From Heptranchias perlo (lineage: Eukaryota), in assembly GCF_035084215.1 (NCBI RefSeq), contig NW_027139328.1:248001-312000 (forward strand): a DNA stretch of 64,000 nucleotides, in the 5' to 3' direction. Each line of letters starts with the position of its first letter. Position 1 is the first letter of the stretch. The position numbers and the translations under genes were made by a program. Positions 58,551-64,000 of this stretch are shown here, piece by piece. The notes under the pieces were generated by a model. That model made no database searches. It saw only the letters and a program-made list of their open reading frames with translations, and was not told the origin of the DNA.

Positions 58551-58984
58551 CTGCAGAGCTGGAGATTGAGGCTCAGTTAAACCAGAGATTCTGTTCTGTC
58601 TGAAATGAAGGAAAGTGAGAATATCGTGAGTTTCAGCCCACGGTGACGGGGAAATTTTATTCAGAAATACAAGAGATTTCCAAACCTGCCTGTCTATAAT
58701 GAGCAGCACCATATATCTGGGTTACACTGAGTTATTGACTGGCTGGGATCTGTGTGTCAGGTGAAGGAGGCCGTTAGTCCATTGAACTCCTCAACCTTCC
58801 ATAGAAAGGCCGTATCACCCATCACTATACTTCCACCAGCCGACTCTGAGACTGTGCTGGGGATTCATCACTTGTGGAGGGGACTAGTAATGACTTTGGA
58901 CTGATGGGTAATTCCAATAGCTGCAGACAAGCAACAACTTGTATTTATAAAGTGCCTTTAATGGAGATAAACGTCCCAAAGTGC

Positions 58985-60342
58985 TTTTTTTTTATTCGTT
59001 CACGGGATGTGGGCGTCGCTGGTGAGGCCAGCATTTATTGCCCATCCCTAATTGCCCTTGAGAAGGTGGTGGTGAGCCACCTTCTTGAACCGCTGCAGTC
59101 CGTGTGGTGACGGTTCTCCCACAGTGCTGTTCGGAAGGGAGTTCCAGGATTTTGTCCCATCGACAATGAAGGAACGGCGATTTATTTCCAAGTCGGGATG
59201 GTGTGTGACTTGGAGGGGAACGTGCAGGTGGTGTTGTTCCCATGTGCCTGCTGCTCTTGTCCTTCTAGGTGGTAGAGGTCGCGGGTTTGGGAGGTGCTGT
59301 CGAAGAAGCCTTGGCGAGTTGCTGCAGTGCATCCTGTGGATGGTACACACTGCAGCCACAGTGCGCCGGTGGTGAAGGGAGTGAATGTTTAGGGTGGTGG
59401 ATGGGGTGCCAATCAAGCGGGCTGCTTTGTCCTGGATGGTGTCGAGCTTCTTGAGTGTTGTTGGAGATGCACTCATCCAGGCAAGTGGAGAATATTCCAT
59501 CACACTCCTGACTTGTGCCTTGTAGATGGTGGAAAGGCTTTGGGGAGTCAGGAGGTGAGTCACTCGCCGCAGAATACCCAGCCTCTGACCTGCTCTCGTA
59601 GCCACAGTATTTATATGGCTGGTCCAGTTAAGTTTCTGGTCAATGGTGACCCCCAGGATGTTGATGGTGGGGGATTCGGCGATGGTAATGCCGTTGAATG
59701 TCAAGGGGAGGTGGTTAGACTCTCTCTTGTTGGAGATGGTCATTGCCTGGCACTTATCTGGCGCGAATGTTACTTGCCACTTATGAGCCCAAGCCTGGAT
59801 GTTGTCCAGGTCTTGCTGCATACGGGCTTGGACTGCGTCATTATTTGAGGGGTTGCGAATGGAACTGAACACTGTGCAGTCATCAGCGAACATCCCCATT
59901 TCTGACCTTATGATGGAGGGAAGGTCATTGATGAAGCAGCTGAAGATGGTTGGGCCTAGTACACTGCCCTGAGGAACTCCTGCAGCAATGTCCTGGGGCT
60001 GAGATGATTGGCCTCCAACAACCACTACCATCTTCCTTTGTGCCTGGTATGACTTCAGTCACTGGAGAGTTTTCCCCCTGATTCCCATTGACTTCAATTT
60101 TACTAGGGCTCCTTGGTGCCACACTCGGTCAAATGCTGCCTTGATGTCAAGGGCAGTCACTCTCACCTCACCTCTGGAATTCAGCTCTTTTGTCCATGTT
60201 TGGACCAAGGCTGTAATGAGGTGTGGAGCCGAGTGGTCCTGGCGGAACCCAAACTGAGCATCGGTGAGCAGGTTATTGGTGAGTAAGTGCCGCTTGATAG
60301 CACTGTCGACGACACCTTCCATCACTTTGCTGATGATTGAGA
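58985..60342 (-). mobile_element. Poly(A)-tailed non-LTR retrotransposon (CR1/L2/Jockey-group RT), interrupted at its 5' side by the Penelope-like element
   Basis: [28 protein letters not shown] and FADD motifs; one in-frame stop at ~60059; T-run at 58985-58993. Confidence 0.88.
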
Positions 60343-60431
60343 TGATGTGGAGATGCCGGTGATGGACTGGGGTGGACAAATGTAAGGAATCTTACAACAC
60401 CAGGTTATAGTCCAACAAATTTATTTTAAAA

Positions 60432-60468
60432 TCACAAGCTTTCGGAGATTATCCCCTTCGTCAGATGA
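60432..60468 (-). ncRNA. Minimal type I hammerhead ribozyme (PLE type), minus-strand copy
   Basis: Exact reverse complement of 61027-61063. Confidence 0.75.
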
Positions 60469-61026
60469 ATGAGTGAAAAGGTTCTCAAATCGCATATCTT
60501 ATACTATGCTGGGACAGCATCACACCAATCAAAAGGTGTCGTTGTTATTCAAACATGGCAGTCACGGAGAACAGCACGTCCCAGTACACTGGATATACAT
60601 TGTGTCAATTACACAGACAGGCAGAAAGAAACCCAAAATGGCAGAGAGAGAGAGAGAATATTAAAAAACATAATTTTTTTCCCCCTTTTTGCTGGTGGGG
60701 TTACGTGTAGCGTGACATGAACCCAAGATCCCAGTTGAGGCCATCCTCATGGGTGCGGAACCGGGATCTTGGGTTCATGTCACGCTACACGTAACCCCAC
60801 CAGCAAAAAGGGGGAAAAAAATTATGTTTTTTAATATTCTCTCTCTCTCTCTGCCATTTTGGGTTTCTTTCTGCCTGTCTGTGTAATTGACACAATGTAT
60901 ATCCAGTGTACTGGGACGTGCTGTTCTCCGTGACTGGCCTGTTTGAATAACAACGACACCTTTTGATTGGTGTGATGCTGTCCCAGCATAGTATAAGATA
61001 TGCGATTTGAGAACCTTTTCACTCAT

Positions 61027-61063
61027 TCATCTGACGAAGGGGATAATCTCCGAAAGCTTGTGA
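61027..61063 (+). ncRNA. Minimal type I hammerhead ribozyme (PLE type)
   Basis: UCAU-CUGACGA-A-GGGG AUAAU CUCC-GAA-AGCU-U-GUGA: core CUGAnGA/GAAA, stem II GGGG/CUCC, palindromic AGCU stem III, stem I UCAU/GUGA. Confidence 0.78.
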
Positions 61064-61112
61064 TTTTAAAATAAATTTGTTGGACTATAACCTGGTGTTG
61101 TAAGATTCCTTA

Positions 61113-64000
61113 CATAGAATCATAGAATCATAGAAGTTACAACATGGAAACAGGCCCTTCGGCCCAACATGTTCATGTCGCCCAGTTTATACCACTAAGC
61201 TAGTCCCAATTGCCTGCACTTGGCCCATATCCCTCTATACCCATCTTACCCATGTAACTGTCCAAATGCTTTTTAAAAGACAAAATTGTACCCGCCTCTA
61301 CTACTGCCTCTGGCAGCTCGTTCCAGACACTCACCACCCTTTGAGTGAAAAAATTGCCCCTCTGGACCCTTTTGTATCTCTCCCCTCTCACCTTAAATCT
61401 ATGCCCCCTCGTTATAGACTCCCCTACCTTTGGGAAAAGATTTTGACTATCGACCTTATCTGTGCCCCTCATTATTTTATAGACTTCTATAAGATCACCC
61501 CTTAACCTCCTACTCTCCAGGGAAAAAAGTCCCAGTCTGTCTAACCTCTCCCTGTAAGTCAAACCATCAAGTCCCGGTAGCATCCTAGTAAATCTTTTCT
61601 GCACTCTACCAGCCTTGCCCTTCACTTTATAAGGAATGTGCTTACCCTGAACCCTGGTTAACACACTTTTGAAAGCCTCCCACTTACCAGACGTCCCTTT
61701 GCCTGCCAACAGACTCTCCCAATCAACTTCTGAAAGTTCCTGTCTAATACCATCAAAATTGGCCTTTCCCCAATTTAGAATTTTAACTTTTGGGCCAGAC
61801 CTATCCTTCTCCATAGCTATCTTAAAACTAATGGAATTATGATCACTTGTCCCAAAGTGATCCCTCACCAACACTTCTGTCACCTGCCCTTCCTTATTTC
61901 CCAAGAGGAGGTCAAGTTTTGCCCCCTCTCTAGTCGGGCCATCCACATACTGAATGAGAAATTCCTCCTGAATACACTCAACAAATTTCTCTCCATCCAA
62001 GCCCCTAATGCTATGGCTGTCCCAGTCAATGTTGGGAAAGTTAAAGTCCCCTACTATTACCACCCTATTTTTCTTGCAGCAGTCTGTAATCTCCTTACAT
62101 ATTTGCTCCTCAATTTCCCGTTGACTATTTGGGGGTCTGTAGTACAATCCTATCAAAGTGATCTCTCCCTTCTTATTTTTCAGTTCTACCCATATGGACT
62201 CAGTGGGCGAACCCTCGGATATATCCCCTCTCACTACCGCCGTGATGTTCTCCCTAATCAAGAACGCAACTCCCCCTCCTCTCTTACCTCCTGCTCTATC
62301 TTTCCTATAGCATCTGTACCCTGGAACATTGAGCTGCCAGTCCTGCCCCTCCCTCATCCATGTTTCAGTAATAGCTATAACATCCCAGTCCCATGTACCC
62401 ATCCATGCCCTGAGTTCATCTGCCTTGCCCATCAGACTTCTTGCATTGAAATAAATGCAGTTTAATCTAGACTTCCCTTGGTCTTTGCCCTGCTTTCTCA
62501 GACCATCTGTCCGGTCATGTTCTGTACACTCTCCCTTACTGCCTTTTGTTTCTGTCACCATTTTATTTCCCACTGACTTCCTGCATCGGTTCCCATCCCC
62601 CTGCCACATTAGTTTAAACCCTCCCCAACAGCACTGGCAAACACTCCCCCTAGGACATTGGTTCCAGTCCTGCCCAGATGCAGACCGTCCAATTTGTACT
62701 GGTCCCACCTCCCCCAGAACCGGTTCCAATGGCCCAGGAATTTGAATCCCTCCCTCTTGCACCATCTCTCAAGCCACGTATTCATCTTAGCTATCCTGTC
62801 ATTCCTACTCTGACTAACCCGTGGCACTGGTAGCAATCCTGAGATTACTACCTTTGAGGTCCTACTCTTTAGTTTAATTCCTAACTCCCTAAATTCAGCT
62901 TGTGGGACCTCATCCTGTTTTTTACCTATATCGTTGGTGCCTATACGCACCACGACAACTGGCTGTTCACCCTCCCCCTCCAGAATGTCCTGCAGCCGCT
63001 CCGAGACATCCTTGACCCTTGCACCAGGGAGGCAACATACCATCCTGGAGTCTCGGTTGCGTCCGCAGAAACGCCTGTCTATTCCCCTTACAATCGAGTC
63101 CCCTATCACTATAGCTCTGCCACTCTTTTTCCTGCCCTCCTGTGCAGCAGAGCCAGCCACGGTGCCATGAACCTGGCCACTGCCACCTTCCCCTGGTGAG
63201 CCATCTCCCCCAACAGTATCCAAAACGGTATACCTGTTTTGGAGGGAGATGACCGCAGGGGACCCCTGCACTGCCTTCCTACTCTTCCTCTGTCTGTTGG
63301 TCACCCATTCACTATCTCCCTCAGTAATTTTTATCTGCGGTGTGACCAACTCACTGAACGTGCTATCCACGACTTTCTCAGCATCGCGGATGCTCCAAAG
63401 TGAGTCCATCCGCAGCTCCAGAGCCGTCAAGCGGTCAAACAATAGCTGCAGCTGGACACACTTCCCGCAGGTGAAGGAATCAGGGATACAGGAAGGAGCC
63501 CTGAATTCCCACATCCCACAAGAGGAACATGACACGGCTCTGGGATCTCCTGCCATGACTTAACCCTTAAGTTAGCTTAACAACAACTGCAATGTCAAGA
63601 GAAAAAAAAGGAAAGAAAAACTACTTACCACTCCCTTTAAGGAGTTTACTCCTTTAAATTGTTCTCAATTTAGAGAATGTTAACTACACTAGGGACCTTG
63701 ATTCACTAAAAAATAAACGCTACTTCCTATAAGACCTGCAGACCTTCCCTTTCCTTTTACTTCAGTTACTGTCGATAAGTAGAAATACTCACCTGAACCT
63801 ACTCACCAATCAGGTGCCTCCCCTGTGTCGCGTCCCGATCTGATTCCTGACGTCACTTCGAACTCGGTCGCAGCTCCGCTCGGCTCCTCTCAGCTGTTCT
63901 CAGCGCTCTGAAATCCCGCCTTTTATCGGACGCTCCCTCAAATTAAATGAATCCCACCAATTTCACTTCAATTAAAAAGGTATACTCAAGGGCCCTTGCT
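61113..64000 (-). mobile_element. CR1 LINE with intact ORF1 and an ORF2 lacking the RT domain
   Basis: (CATAGAAT)n tail; ORF 61200..62765 joins EN directly to the C-terminal domain; ORF1 62609..63556; 5'UTR runs toward the window end. Confidence 0.92.
62609..63556 (-). CDS. CR1 ORF1p (zinc-finger plus SGNH esterase-like), 315 aa
   Basis: CSSC..CGKC, VIGDSIVRG, IGTND and DGLHL motifs. Confidence 0.88.
   Translation of the reverse strand: MAGDPRAVSCSSCGMWEFRAPSCIPDSFTCGKCVQLQLLFDRLTALELRMDSLWSIRDAEKVVDSTFSELVTPQIKITEGDSEWVTNRQRKSRKAVQGSPAVISLQNRYTVLDTVGGDGSPGEGGSGQVHGTVAGSAAQEGRKKSGRAIVIGDSIVRGIDRRFCGRNRDSRMVCCLPGARVKDVSERLQDILEGEGEQPVVVVRIGTNDIGKKQDEVPQAEFRELGIKLKSRTSKVVISGLLPVPRVSQSRNDRIAKMNTWLERWCKREGFKFLGHWNRFWGRWDQYKLDGLHLGRTGTNVLGGVFASAVGEGLN

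Larger units (their letters stand above)
60343..61115. mobile_element. Penelope-like element remnant: two 3' ends/pLTRs in inverted (head-to-head) orientation
   Basis: Arms 60380-60736 and 60759-61115 are reverse complements. The centre encodes FRTHEDGLN(W/R)DLGFMSRYT*, typical of the C-terminus following the PLE GIY-YIG domain. Each arm has a hammerhead core plus AATAAA. Confidence 0.85.

Noticed and set aside
58550-58930. Candidate MHC transmembrane exon in unique-looking DNA
   Set aside because: No hydrophobic stretch with a suitable phase-1 acceptor and donor was found by eye.
60469-61026. Twin 83-aa ORFs on opposite strands
   Set aside because: By-product of the inverted repeat, antisense to the PLE 3' region; no recognisable domain.

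Overview
Vertebrate genomic DNA, almost certainly a cartilaginous fish (shark), judged from the repeat families and the MHC sequence. The window opens with the 3' part of a C2H2 zinc-finger gene (10 fingers once two homopolymer frameshifts are repaired), followed by a 44-bp minisatellite and a very large (~18.4 kb) 31-bp minisatellite. About 24 kb of nested CR1 and L2 LINEs follow, including one CR1 with an intact 951-aa ORF2. Next is an MHC class I heavy-chain gene on + that looks classical (UAA-like): SXY/ISRE promoter at ~46460-46800, leader exon 46860-46908, alpha1 51909-52169, alpha2 55495-55767 and alpha3 56675-56950. No TM or cytoplasmic exons were found in the window. The most unusual observations are: (i) several intron boundaries of this gene are tandemly amplified into minisatellites made of the splice signals themselves; (ii) downstream of alpha3 lies a near-perfect 357-bp Penelope-like inverted repeat carrying two minimal hammerhead ribozymes; (iii) a CR1 has lost its RT domain by an in-frame deletion but keeps ORF1 and the endonuclease; (iv) one minisatellite arose from the QGSVLGP RT motif of a dead LINE; (v) an apparent gene-conversion tract links inverted LINE copies in intron 1. 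All calls come from manual reading; no searches were run.
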